Below are positions 8,660 to 17,449 of a DNA stretch of 64,000 bases, piece after piece. This stretch comes from Dehalococcoidia bacterium (GTDB lineage: Bacteria; Chloroflexota; Dehalococcoidia; Lucifugimonadales; JAGWBF01). The notes beneath the pieces were generated by a model. It had not been told where the DNA came from, made no database searches, and saw only the letters and a list, made by a program, of their open reading frames with translations. Numbering within the stretch: the stretch's first letter is position 1; each line of letters starts with the position of its first letter. A program made the translations under genes and the position numbers. The stretch is from contig DAOUJI010000107.1 of NCBI GenBank assembly GCA_034422875.1, positions 6,260-70,259 on the forward strand. Reading direction: 5' to 3'.

Positions 8660-9003
8660 AGGTCGACTCCTTCCGGAAGTTGCCCGTCGCGGGCCGCGTC
8701 GATGGTATCTCTCACACTGTCGGGCATATCCACTCCGAACCTCTCGAAGGACCTTTCAACGCCCCGCCCGATATTTCGCGGGTCACTGTAGTAGTCCAGG
8801 CCAGGGTCTCCCAGGCCGGGAGGCCCTCCCGAACGTTCGTGTATGTCGGCCATGGACCTGTGGTGGGCCACCCTGGAAATCGTCCTCGACATGCGATCGC
8901 TCTGGCAATGCTCGCAAACTGCGCTCACCTCCGAGTTGACGGAGCGCACAAAGAAGGACGACTTCTTGTTGCAGTCCTGGCACCGGTATTCGTAGATAGG
9001 CAT
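8656..9003 (-). CDS. FmdB-family zinc-ribbon protein
   Basis: MPIYEYRCQDC...CEHC (CxxC...CxxC, FmdB/CxxC_CxxC_SSSS type). The ATG at 9003 lies 5 nt after the stop of the paralog upstream. Confidence 0.7.
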   Translation of the reverse strand: MPIYEYRCQDCNKKSSFFVRSVNSEVSAVCEHCQSDRMSRTISRVAHHRSMADIHERSGGPPGLGDPGLDYYSDPRNIGRGVERSFERFGVDMPDSVRDTIDAARDGQLPEGVDL

Positions 9004-9007
9004 GTCG

Positions 9008-9349
9008 CTACTCGTCGTGGCTGTGGGAATGGCCCGCTTCCCGCTCAACGGCTCCCAGCGTCTCGTTGAAGTCGGGGGACACTCTGCCGCCCATTTCGCC
9101 TTTCATGTCCCGCAGCCATTCGGCTCCGGCACCGGGGTCTCCGCCGGCCGGGTCGTCAGGAGGACCCGAATTGGGCATCCAGTTCAGGCTGTCACCCCAT
9201 GAACGCTTGAAGGAGAACTTGGAAATAAGCCTGGACAGGTTTCCGCCGCCGCAGTGAGAACATGACGCTGGAGAGGGGTTGGATATGCTTCGGACTAGTA
9301 TTGTGGACCTGCGCGAGCAGTCATCGCATCGGTACTCGTAAAGGGGCAT
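9008..9349 (-). CDS. FmdB-family zinc-ribbon protein (tandem paralog)
   Basis: MPLYEYRCDDC...CSHC N-terminus. Confidence 0.7.
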   Translation of the reverse strand: MPLYEYRCDDCSRRSTILVRSISNPSPASCSHCGGGNLSRLISKFSFKRSWGDSLNWMPNSGPPDDPAGGDPGAGAEWLRDMKGEMGGRVSPDFNETLGAVEREAGHSHSHDE

Positions 9350-9467
9350 AGGGTTCTATTCGCTCCTATGGGCTGAATCTCATTCTAGCACAGATTGGCT
9401 GGCCCACATCGAGAGGCCGCTAGACGCCGTTCCCGGCGCTCTCCGGCCCAGGCCAAGCGCCCGGCTT

Positions 9468-10578
9468 CTAATATGCGTCGCCTTTGCCCATCGTGGAGCG
9501 CAGGTAGGCTTGTATGAAGCCGTCGATGTCTCCGTCCAGCGCCGCGTCTGCGTTGGAGGTCTGATGGTCCGTCCGGTGGTCCTTGACCAGCTTGTAGGGG
9601 TGGAGGACGTAGCTCCGTATCTGGCTTCCCCACTCGGTGGCCAGACGGTCACCCCTTAGCAGAGCGAGTTCCTGCGCACGCTCCTCCATCCTCTTCTCCA
9701 GAAGCCGGGCCATCAGTATTCGCATGGCGAACTCCCGGTTCTGGTATTGGGAGCGTTCGTTCTGGCACGCCACAACGATCCCCGACGGTAGATGGGTCAG
9801 CCGAACGGCGGAGGCCACCTTCTGGACGTTCTGTCCTCCTGGACCGCTGGACCTGAAGAAGTCCATCTTCAGGTCATCCGGCTTGATCTCAACTTCTTCC
9901 TCATCGTCGGCCACAGGCATCGTTTCGACCTGCGCGAATGACGTGTGGCGCAGGTGGTTGGCGTCGAAGGGTGAGAGACGCACCAGCCTGTGAACACCCT
10001 TTTCCGCTTTGAGATAACCGTAGGCGTATTTGCCTCCCACCTCAAGGGTTGCGCTCTTTATGCCGGCCTCCTCACCGTAGGAGGTGTCCAGCACCTGGGC
10101 CGCCCGCCCCTGGTTTTCAGCCCAACGGAGATACATGCGCAGCAACATCTCGGCCCAGTCCTGGGACTCGGTGCCGCCCGCACCTGAGTAGACGGTGACG
10201 ATGGCTGGACGGTCATCGTAGGGGCCGGACAGGGTCAGCAGGAACTCCTGGCGTTCCAACTCTTCCGAAAGCTCGCGACACTCGCTCCGAAGCTGTTCTT
10301 CCAGAGTGTCGTCAGTTTCCGCGAGGGCCAACTCCACCAGTTCCAGCAGCGAACCGGCGCTCTGCTCCAGTCCCCGCCAGGTGTCGACTGTGTCCTTCAA
10401 CCGGGCGAGACGCTGCATCACTCTTTGGGCTTCCTGGGGATTGTCCCAAAACGAGGCTGCTCCGGCTTCTTTCTCAAGCCGGTCTACCTCGGTCTCTTTG
10501 GCCGGGACGTCAAAGACGGTCCAAGGCTCCGGCGATCCGCTGGGTCATCTCGATAAGCTCAGCCCTGAGGTCTTGCAT
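9468..10578 (-). CDS. prfB: peptide chain release factor 2, requires programmed +1 frameshift
   Basis: Frame 0 reads MQDLRAELIEMTQRIAGALDRL then TGA. After CTT TGA C, the +1 frame continues DVPAKETEVDRLEKEAGAASFWDNPQEAQRVMQRL... into ORF 9468..10421, which contains SPF and GGQ motifs. AAGGAG RBS precedes the ATG at 10578. Confidence 0.9.
10509..10515 (-). promoter_or_regulatory. prfB +1 frameshift site CTT TGA C
   Basis: The reverse strand reads ...GAC CGT CTT TGA CGT CCC. This is the canonical RF2 autoregulatory slippery site. Confidence 0.85.
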
Positions 10579-10588
10579 CCGCAGCTCC

Positions 10589-11281
10589 TTATGTCCGCGC
10601 GGCCAGTTTAGGCGGCCTGCCCGCAGCGGCGTTATGTGCATTTCTCGTAGTTTCCGGCAGCCGAAATTTGTTGCAGACGGACAGCGTCCACTCAACCGCA
10701 CAGTCCAACTCTATCATATGTCCTACGGACACGAACACGGGACTGACCCCCGTCCTGGTCCTAACTGCCATTCCAATAACTTCACCCTTGTGCATCAGCG
10801 GCGTCCGTGAACCCCGTTCCTGCCCCAATTCGGCATACTCTCCCACCAGTATGGACTTGGCGCAGCCGATGGTTGGGGTCTGGGCTACCAGACCGATATG
10901 GCAGGCGATGCCGAACCGCCTGGGATGCGCAGCTCCGTGGCCGTCCACAATAATCAGGTCGGGTTCGACGCTCAACCCTTCCAAAGCCATCGCCAGCGCC
11001 GGGGTCTCCCTGAATGAGAGAAGTCCAGGCACATAGGGCATCGACGGGACCATCCTGGCAATTGATGAATCCACCGGCTCCAATTCTGGGAACGCCAACG
11101 CCACTGCGGCGGCGGTGACAACTCCGTCGGAGTCAGGAGCGGACATATCGAGACCAACCACGTAGCGCACGTCAGCCAACCGTGGACATCCGGACGCGAA
11201 AACCTGCGGGGCCAGCAGCTTTTGCATCTCCCGGGCCTCGCCAGGGGTGACATCCCAGGAATGGAGGGTTCGCAGTTCCAT
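10589..11281 (-). CDS. nfi: endonuclease V
   Basis: VVGLDMS...YVPGLLSFRE.P...LIIVDGHG..HPRRFG.ACH.G pattern of Nfi. Confidence 0.85.
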   Translation of the reverse strand: MELRTLHSWDVTPGEAREMQKLLAPQVFASGCPRLADVRYVVGLDMSAPDSDGVVTAAAVALAFPELEPVDSSIARMVPSMPYVPGLLSFRETPALAMALEGLSVEPDLIIVDGHGAAHPRRFGIACHIGLVAQTPTIGCAKSILVGEYAELGQERGSRTPLMHKGEVIGMAVRTRTGVSPVFVSVGHMIELDCAVEWTLSVCNKFRLPETTRNAHNAAAGRPPKLAART

Positions 11282-11302
11282 TCCGGAATTATAGCGCCGG
11301 GG

Positions 11303-11893
11303 CTACAGGTCCATTCGCAGGTCGACGACTCTGGAAAGAGCCGCTACGACCAGTGCGCTTCTTATGTTCCCATCCAAGATGGCTTGTTTGACCTGGAGCA
11401 GCGGCATGGTCTCGACTCGAATGTCCTCACCCATGCTGGGGTCGGGGTCATGGGTCTGGACGCATCCCCGGGCCAGCCAGTGGTGTACCAGGTTGTTGTG
11501 CACCGCCGGGTTGGGCTCGTGGGAACCCAGGTACGCCCAGTCAGAGGACGTATACCCCGTCTCCTCCAGAAGCTCTCGTTGGGCCGCGTGACGGTGGTCC
11601 TCACGCTCCATTACCGACCCTCCAGGTATTTCCAACGTCACTTCACCTGTCCCGAACCTGTATTGGCGCACCAGCACCAAGCGTTCATTGGGAGTCAGAG
11701 CCACTACACTGCACCAGTCGGGACTTTCCAACACGATGGCGCGCCGCTCCACGAAGTTACGGGGATTGACGACCTGATCAAAGCGGACTTGAAACAGGGG
11801 CATGTCCGGTCCATGTTCACTGCTCAAAACGTTCCAAGGAGCGGGCGGAGGTTGGCGGTCGGGGTCGTGGCTGGACCGATTGTCACGGCTCAC
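11303..11893 (-). CDS. NUDIX hydrolase (ADP-ribose pyrophosphatase-like)
   Basis: Nudix box GG.....E....AAQRELLEETG. GTG start. Confidence 0.8.
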   Translation of the reverse strand: MSRDNRSSHDPDRQPPPAPWNVLSSEHGPDMPLFQVRFDQVVNPRNFVERRAIVLESPDWCSVVALTPNERLVLVRQYRFGTGEVTLEIPGGSVMEREDHRHAAQRELLEETGYTSSDWAYLGSHEPNPAVHNNLVHHWLARGCVQTHDPDPSMGEDIRVETMPLLQVKQAILDGNIRSALVVAALSRVVDLRMDL

Positions 11894-11905
11894 GGGGATG
11901 GGTCC

Positions 11906-13600
11906 TCAAACGGTTTCCGAGGGCCGAAAGTCCACGACCATCAGCTCCATAATGGGAGTGTTTCCGACGCGTCCAGCGCCCACGGTGTACACCACGTCCA
12001 CCCTGGACGTACCGGCTTCCCACTTATCGGCCTGCCTAAAGGCCAGGGCGTCCCACACCACCCTTCCCTCTTTCAGTCTTAGTTTCATGTGCTGACCCTG
12101 GGCGCCCATCGTGCGGACATGAGCGGCCTCCAGATTTCGGGTCAGGAACGTAGGGGCCGGGTTGTCCACTCCGAAGGGCCCCAGGTCCTGCACCCACTGG
12201 AAGGCGGCGCCGGGGATGGTGGACACCGGAGCCTCTGCGTCTATGTGCAGCGGAGCGGCTCCTTCAATGTGCTCCGACGCCTCGTCGGAGATCAAGCCCA
12301 GCCTGGATTCCAGCTGGGCCATGTTGAAAGAGGGCATCACAAACCCGGCTGCTTGCCCATGGCCTCCGTACCGTGTGAAGAGGTCTGCGCAGGGCTTTAA
12401 CGCTTCGTTGAGGACGTGAAATTCTGGAACGCTTCTGGCGCTGGCCCTCACTACGTCCCCGATCTGTGAAACGACTATGGCAGGCCGGGAGAATTCGTCT
12501 ACCAGCCTGCTCGCCACCAGCCCGGCTATGCCAGGCGCAACCCACTCCCCGCCGGCCAGAATGACCGACGGCAGGTCCCGCCTGCTCAGGGTCTGCTCTT
12601 TTGCCCTGGCAAAGGAGTCCAGGGTCATCTGCTGGCGTTCCCTGTTCAGCTTTTCCAGGTGGGAAGCGAGGCTGGCGGCTTCATCCTTGGAAGCAGTCGT
12701 CAAGAGTTTGTAGGCCAGCGACGCATGGTCCAATCTTCCTGCGGCGTTTAGCCTTGGAGATATCATGAAGGCAATGCCATCTACGTCAATTCCGGTGGGA
12801 TCGATGCCGGCCTGTTTGTACAGCGCCTGGAGGCCCGGTCTGCGTGTGGTCTGGAGGCGCTTGAGCCCCTCTTTGACGAAACGCCTGTTCTCGCCCACCA
12901 GAGGCACCAGGTCCGCAACCGTGCTCAACGCCACCAGTTCGAGCAGGTCGCGGCTCCAGTCGCGGCCCAGGTCGTTGTACAGGGCTTCCACCAGTTTGAA
13001 GGCCAGGCCCGCCCCCGAAAGCTCGGTGAAAGGATATTCCGAGTCCACCAGCTTGGGATCGATTATGGCGACAGCAGGCGGAATCCTGTCAGGAGGCAGG
13101 TGGTGGTCCGTGACAATCACGTCCATTCCCAGTTCGCCCGCCAGAACTATCTCATCCAGGGATGTGATGCCGCAGTCAACCGTGATGATAAGTGACACGC
13201 CCGCCTGTTTGAGGGCCATGACGGCTTCAGCGTTCAGACCGTGTCCTTCGTCCTCTCGGTGGGGGATGTAAGGCGCGACCGTCGCCCCCAGCTCCTCCAA
13301 TCCTTGGGCGGCTATGGCTGTTCCGGTGACTCCATCCACATCGAAATCGCCGAAAACGCCGATAGTCTCACCGGATGTGAGGGCTGTGCGGAGCCTGGCA
13401 ACGGCGGGACCCATGCCGGGGAGAAGCGCCGGGTCATGGAAGGCCGGGTTCATGTAGTCCGCGAGGCTCTGCTCGGAGTCGATGCCTTTGTTCGCCAGCA
13501 GTTGGGTCACTAGAGGGGGCAAGTGAGATAGGCCGTTAAGAGCCTTGGATACGGGAGGCCGGACCCTCCACACCCTGCGTCCACCCCCGTTGACGTTCAT
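11906..13600 (-). CDS. recJ: single-stranded-DNA-specific exonuclease RecJ
   Basis: DHH motifs (GDFDVDGVTG, VTDHH) and a DHHA1 region. Length is 564 aa. Confidence 0.9.
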   Translation of the reverse strand: MNVNGGGRRVWRVRPPVSKALNGLSHLPPLVTQLLANKGIDSEQSLADYMNPAFHDPALLPGMGPAVARLRTALTSGETIGVFGDFDVDGVTGTAIAAQGLEELGATVAPYIPHREDEGHGLNAEAVMALKQAGVSLIITVDCGITSLDEIVLAGELGMDVIVTDHHLPPDRIPPAVAIIDPKLVDSEYPFTELSGAGLAFKLVEALYNDLGRDWSRDLLELVALSTVADLVPLVGENRRFVKEGLKRLQTTRRPGLQALYKQAGIDPTGIDVDGIAFMISPRLNAAGRLDHASLAYKLLTTASKDEAASLASHLEKLNRERQQMTLDSFARAKEQTLSRRDLPSVILAGGEWVAPGIAGLVASRLVDEFSRPAIVVSQIGDVVRASARSVPEFHVLNEALKPCADLFTRYGGHGQAAGFVMPSFNMAQLESRLGLISDEASEHIEGAAPLHIDAEAPVSTIPGAAFQWVQDLGPFGVDNPAPTFLTRNLEAAHVRTMGAQGQHMKLRLKEGRVVWDALAFRQADKWEAGTSRVDVVYTVGAGRVGNTPIMELMVVDFRPSETV

Positions 13601-13615
13601 CCGGCCGAGGATGCT

Positions 13616-14866
13616 CTAGCTCCGGTCCACCGCTCCGAAGATGAGGACCGAATTATGGCCCCCAAACCCGAAAGAGTTGCTCATCGCATAACGTATCTGG
13701 GCTTCACGGGACTTGTTCGCCGTGTAGTCCAGGTCGCAGTCAGGGTCTTGGTCGTCCAGGTTGATGGTGGGCGGCAGGACTCCGTCTCGGATTGCCATAA
13801 TCGTGGCTGACGCTTCCAGGGCGCCTCCGGCGCCAAGCAAATGGCCAGTCATGGACTTGGTGGAGCTTACGGGAGTCCGGTGGGCGTCCTCACCCAACGC
13901 CAGCTTGATGGCCAGCGTCTCCTGCCTGTCATTCAGAGGCGTAGATGTGCCGTGGGCGTTTATGTACCCGATTTCTTCGGGCGCCACTCCCGCCCTCTCG
14001 ATAGCCGTCTTCATAGCCCTGGCGGCGCTTACGCCGTCGGGATGGGGCTCAGTCAGGTGGAAGGCGTCGGAGGTGGCGGCGTAGCTGACCAGTTCCGCCA
14101 GCGGCTCCGCCCCCCGCTTTTCCATGTTCTCTTCGCTCTCGAGGACCAGAATGGCTGCGCCCTCTCCCATTACGAAACCGTCCCGAGCGGTGTCAAAGGG
14201 GCGACTGGCCTTCTGAGGCTCCTCGTTGCGCTTGGACAGGGCATGGAGCGAATTGAATCCCGCGACGGCAATGGGGCATATCGGAGCTTCGGCTCCTCCC
14301 GCCAGGACCACGTCGGAGTCTCCCCGGCGTATCATCTCCCACGCCTGCCCAATCCCGTCGGCGCCGCTGGAGCACGAGGACACGGCACAGAAGTTGTGGC
14401 CCATCGCCCCGGACAGCATGGAAACCTGTGCCGACCCCATGTCGGCCAGCATCATGGGCACCAGGAACGGAGACACCCTGCGCGGGCCTTTTTCCTTCAG
14501 CGTCTCCACCTGTTGGGACAGGGTGATGACGCCTCCAATGCCGCTTCCCACGATGGAGGAGAGGCGATAGGGGTCCATCTCGTCGGGCTTGAGCCGAGCC
14601 TGGGCCATAGCCTGGGCCGAGGCGACCGCCGCGAACTGGGCGAACCGGTCCATCCGTCTGGCTTCTTTCTTCTCCAGATAGTCGGTCGGCTCGAACCCCT
14701 TTACCTCGGCGGCGAAACGGGTTTCGAATCCCTCCGGGTCGAATGCGGTGATGGAGTCGACGCCGGACACGCCGCCCACCAGATTGTCCCAAGAAGTGGA
14801 AAGGTCCAGACCGAGGGGGCTAATGACTCCGATGCCGGTTACGAATACTCTCGTCGACAACCACAC
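13616..14866 (-). CDS. fabF: beta-ketoacyl-ACP synthase II
   Basis: RVFVTGIGVISPLG N-terminus, active-site context SSCSSG, INAHGTSTP and GFGGHNS motifs. Confidence 0.9.
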   Translation of the reverse strand: MWLSTRVFVTGIGVISPLGLDLSTSWDNLVGGVSGVDSITAFDPEGFETRFAAEVKGFEPTDYLEKKEARRMDRFAQFAAVASAQAMAQARLKPDEMDPYRLSSIVGSGIGGVITLSQQVETLKEKGPRRVSPFLVPMMLADMGSAQVSMLSGAMGHNFCAVSSCSSGADGIGQAWEMIRRGDSDVVLAGGAEAPICPIAVAGFNSLHALSKRNEEPQKASRPFDTARDGFVMGEGAAILVLESEENMEKRGAEPLAELVSYAATSDAFHLTEPHPDGVSAARAMKTAIERAGVAPEEIGYINAHGTSTPLNDRQETLAIKLALGEDAHRTPVSSTKSMTGHLLGAGGALEASATIMAIRDGVLPPTINLDDQDPDCDLDYTANKSREAQIRYAMSNSFGFGGHNSVLIFGAVDRS

Positions 14867-14906
14867 ACCTTCCCGTTGCGTCTCGCCGTCGTAACGACAC
14901 CTGGGT

Positions 14907-16703
14907 TTATGCAGTCTCCCGTTTGAATTCGGACAACCTCATCATGGCCTCGTTCACTTCGTTGATACGGACCGAGATAGTGTCGCTTATTTCGCGTCCC
15001 GTCTGGGCGATTTGGATTCTGTATCTGCCCAGGGCCTCACTGGCCTCGTTGATGCGTTGGGAAATCACGTCGGGGAGTTCCCGTCCGGTTTCCGACAGCT
15101 GGATGCGGTACTTTGCGAGAGTTTCGCTTACTTCGTTCATCCGGGCGGATATGGCCTCGGGCAGCTCTTTGGAGGAATCAGACAGCGTACGCAGAGCTTC
15201 GCTGAACTCCCCAATGCGGAGTGATACAGTCCCGCTCAACTCTCGTCCGGCCGACTGCCTCTTGGACTTGGGGGACCTGATAAGGCGGAATATCCGCTCG
15301 TACAGCTTGTCTATTGGGTTCAGCTTTGCGTGGTACCTATTGAAGAGGTCTCTGGACTCTTCCAGGGACCATCGTTCGTCCTGGTGGACGAACTGACGTC
15401 CGGTGTAGAGTTCGTAGGGCCTCATGCCGTACTCGGCGAGCACGTTGCCGCGCTCATCGGTGGGCAGCGGGTTCCCCTTGGCGTCCAAGGGCACCAGCGA
15501 GTCCCAGTTGGACGTGGCGGGCAGCGGGGTCAGTAGATTCGCCGTCTGGTACTTGCTCACCTTCGTAACCCAGTCAGCCATGTCCATGATTCCCTGTTCC
15601 GTGTCGTAGGGAAGCCCGATGATGGTCATCGCCACCAGGGTGAAGCCCATCTTGTTGAGCTGCACCAGGTCTTTGTGGACCTGACCGGGCTCCTGGCGCT
15701 TTCGCACCAGCTTCAAATTCTCGGCGTTGTCGGACTCGACTCCCACGTAGAGCATTCGAATGCCGGCTTCATACATGGCGTCAGCCAGTTCGGGGTCCTG
15801 GCCGATCTCCGCCCGTGTCTGGCAAATCATATACATGTCGTCGGTGTGGCCCTTCCAGTTCTCCAGCCGGGCCAGACGCTCGTTTCTGTACTTCACTGCC
15901 CTGAGGGGAGGAGGATGGAGGTCGTCGGAGATGAAGACGCTGAACCGTCCGTCCCTGGCAGTGTGGATAAGGCCGTCGGAGGCCAACTGCCTGAGTTGGC
16001 GTAGCCTCTTGATTTCAGTTTCCCGGTTGATCAGGCGATACCCCAGGAACTGTTGTATCACCTGGCAGTAGGTGCACTTTTCGGTGCAACCCCGGACGGT
16101 TTCCAGCACTCCGCCTGCCATGGGCATCTGAGGCGTCAGGTCCCTTATGGCCCTGAAGTCGGGCAGAGGAATGAAGTCCGGCTCTATGACCCCCTTCCGG
16201 GGAGTCTGAATCAATTGCCCCTCTCTGACAAAGGATATCCCTGGTATCTTCCTCAGCCTTGTAACGGGCACTGGGCCTTTGTGCTCCAGGAGCATGTCGC
16301 AAAGGGGGCCTATGATGTCTTCCCCTTCGCGATTGACGATGATGTCAAAGTGTCCTTCCCGGATGGCTTCCTCCGGGAGAGGGCTCATCTGGGGTCCGCC
16401 ACCTATGGTCACCAACTCTGGATGGAATTGCTTGGCAAGCCTGCCGATTTCATAGCCGCGTGGGGCCTCGTTAATCAGGGCGGTGATCATGAGGACGTCA
16501 ACGCCCTCCAGGTCCTTGTCAGGGTCCATAGGACCGCTGCGGTCCTCGAACCATATCTCTGTGTCGTAGAGGAAAGGACCTTTCCACTGCTTTAACGCGG
16601 CGGATAGAAAGAGCATGCCCTGCCGCGGGATGGCAACGAACTCGAAGTTGCCTCCCTGGGAGCTGGGTTGGACAAGAACCACTCTTTTGAACTTAGACTT
16701 CAT
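14907..16703 (-). CDS. B12-binding-domain radical SAM protein with C-terminal tandem-repeat extension
   Basis: N-terminal Rossmann-like VVLVQPS...DVLMITA segment, radical SAM cluster motif CTEKCTYC, then about 113 aa of repeats at the C-terminus. Lies 40 nt upstream of fabF on the same strand. Confidence 0.8.
   Translation of the reverse strand: MKSKFKRVVLVQPSSQGGNFEFVAIPRQGMLFLSAALKQWKGPFLYDTEIWFEDRSGPMDPDKDLEGVDVLMITALINEAPRGYEIGRLAKQFHPELVTIGGGPQMSPLPEEAIREGHFDIIVNREGEDIIGPLCDMLLEHKGPVPVTRLRKIPGISFVREGQLIQTPRKGVIEPDFIPLPDFRAIRDLTPQMPMAGGVLETVRGCTEKCTYCQVIQQFLGYRLINRETEIKRLRQLRQLASDGLIHTARDGRFSVFISDDLHPPPLRAVKYRNERLARLENWKGHTDDMYMICQTRAEIGQDPELADAMYEAGIRMLYVGVESDNAENLKLVRKRQEPGQVHKDLVQLNKMGFTLVAMTIIGLPYDTEQGIMDMADWVTKVSKYQTANLLTPLPATSNWDSLVPLDAKGNPLPTDERGNVLAEYGMRPYELYTGRQFVHQDERWSLEESRDLFNRYHAKLNPIDKLYERIFRLIRSPKSKRQSAGRELSGTVSLRIGEFSEALRTLSDSSKELPEAISARMNEVSETLAKYRIQLSETGRELPDVISQRINEASEALGRYRIQIAQTGREISDTISVRINEVNEAMMRLSEFKRETA
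14910..15248 (-). repeat. four tandem 26-30 aa (about 87 nt) coding repeats at the 3' end of the radical SAM gene
   Basis: GRELSGTVSLRIGEFSEALRTLSDSS / KELPEAISARMNEVSETLAKYRIQLSET / GRELPDVISQRINEASEALGRYRIQIAQT / GREISDTISVRINEVNEAMMRLSEFKRETA. Confidence 0.8.
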
Positions 16704-16936
16704 CTTGTCTCCACCTAGCGACTTTCGCTGAATTATCGTCCTGTTGTTGGCTCGCCATCAGATTACATCCTGTTCCACGGCTAGACTTCGCCCATCCTAC
16801 TTGTTGAATTATACATGACAGTCAATGGGAATTGATACAAGAAACGGCAATTGGCGAAAACTGCTTCGTCATAGAAACCTCGGAGCGGGACTGTAGGGCG
16901 AGGTGGAACAGAAATACGTCCTTTGCAGGGTTCGGA

Positions 16937-16964
16937 CTGACAGCCTCATTCGTTGTGTTAGAAT
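16937..16964 (+). promoter_or_regulatory. putative promoter of the hicB-like gene
   Basis: CTGACA - 16 nt - TAGAAT, with a TGT immediately upstream of the -10 (extended -10-like). Confidence 0.4.
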
Positions 16965-16989
16965 CTGGTTCTAGGATATTCGGAGACTA

Positions 16990-17204
16990 ATGATGGTTGA
17001 ATCGGAAATAACCTTCCAGGTACGGGAATCCCCTGAGGGGGTTATAAAGCCCGCGCCCTGGGGCACAGCATCTTTACTGAAGGCGATGACTGGGAACATC
17101 TGAAGTCTATGTTGCGAGAGGCTGTGCTATGCCACTTCGAAGAAGAGGACACGCCTCGACTAATACACATCCATCTTGTCAGGGATGAGGTCATTGCGGT
17201 GTGA
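16990..17204 (+). pseudogene. HicB-like antitoxin family gene disrupted by a 1-nt frameshift in a G run
   Basis: GGAG RBS and ATG at 16990 give MMVESEITFQVRESPEG. After the G5 run (17037..17041) the frame one base back reads GYKARALGHSIFTEGDDWEHLKSMLREAVLCHFEEEDTPRLIHIHLVRDEVIAV*. Joined, this is about 71 aa and resembles small proteins paired with HicA toxins. Confidence 0.45.
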
Positions 17205-17251
17205 GATTCCGCTCACTTCATCGTCTCTCCGGCGCAGACCGGAGGCCAGGC

Positions 17252-17274
17252 CCCTCTCCCTTGACGGGTGAGGG
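17252..17274 (+). repeat. degenerate copy of the CCCTCTCCC-loop-GGGAGAGGG family
   Basis: CCCTCTCCC TTGAC GGGTGAGGG. Confidence 0.4.
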
Positions 17275-17318
17275 TGACTCCCTGCTCCGCCCAAGGCGAA
17301 CGGTGGGGGGGCTGAGTC

Positions 17319-17343
17319 GGGCGACCAGCCGGTCGCCCCTACA
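17319..17343 (+). repeat. GC-rich palindromic (REP-like) element
   Basis: GGGCGACC AGCC GGTCGCCCCTAC. Related to 37155..37182 and 41230..41255. Confidence 0.6.
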
Positions 17344-17449
17344 TGCTTGCGTCCTGGCGTCATTGCGCCATTGCGTTCCCCGGCATGCCCCCTCCCCCTC
17401 ATCATAACCTTTTCCCGCCAGGGGAGAAGGAACATCTGGACCCCACAGG

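Noticed and set aside
7967-9003. TPP riboswitch in front of thiE
   Set aside because: thiE overlaps the upstream zinc-ribbon gene, so there is no untranslated leader. No CTGAGA...ACCCT..GAACCTGAT pattern was seen nearby.
16808-16813. Promoter for the radical SAM gene (reverse-strand TATAAT, with a TTGACT only 6 nt upstream)
   Set aside because: The -10 is good, but no -35 lies at a workable spacing, so I did not list it as a feature.
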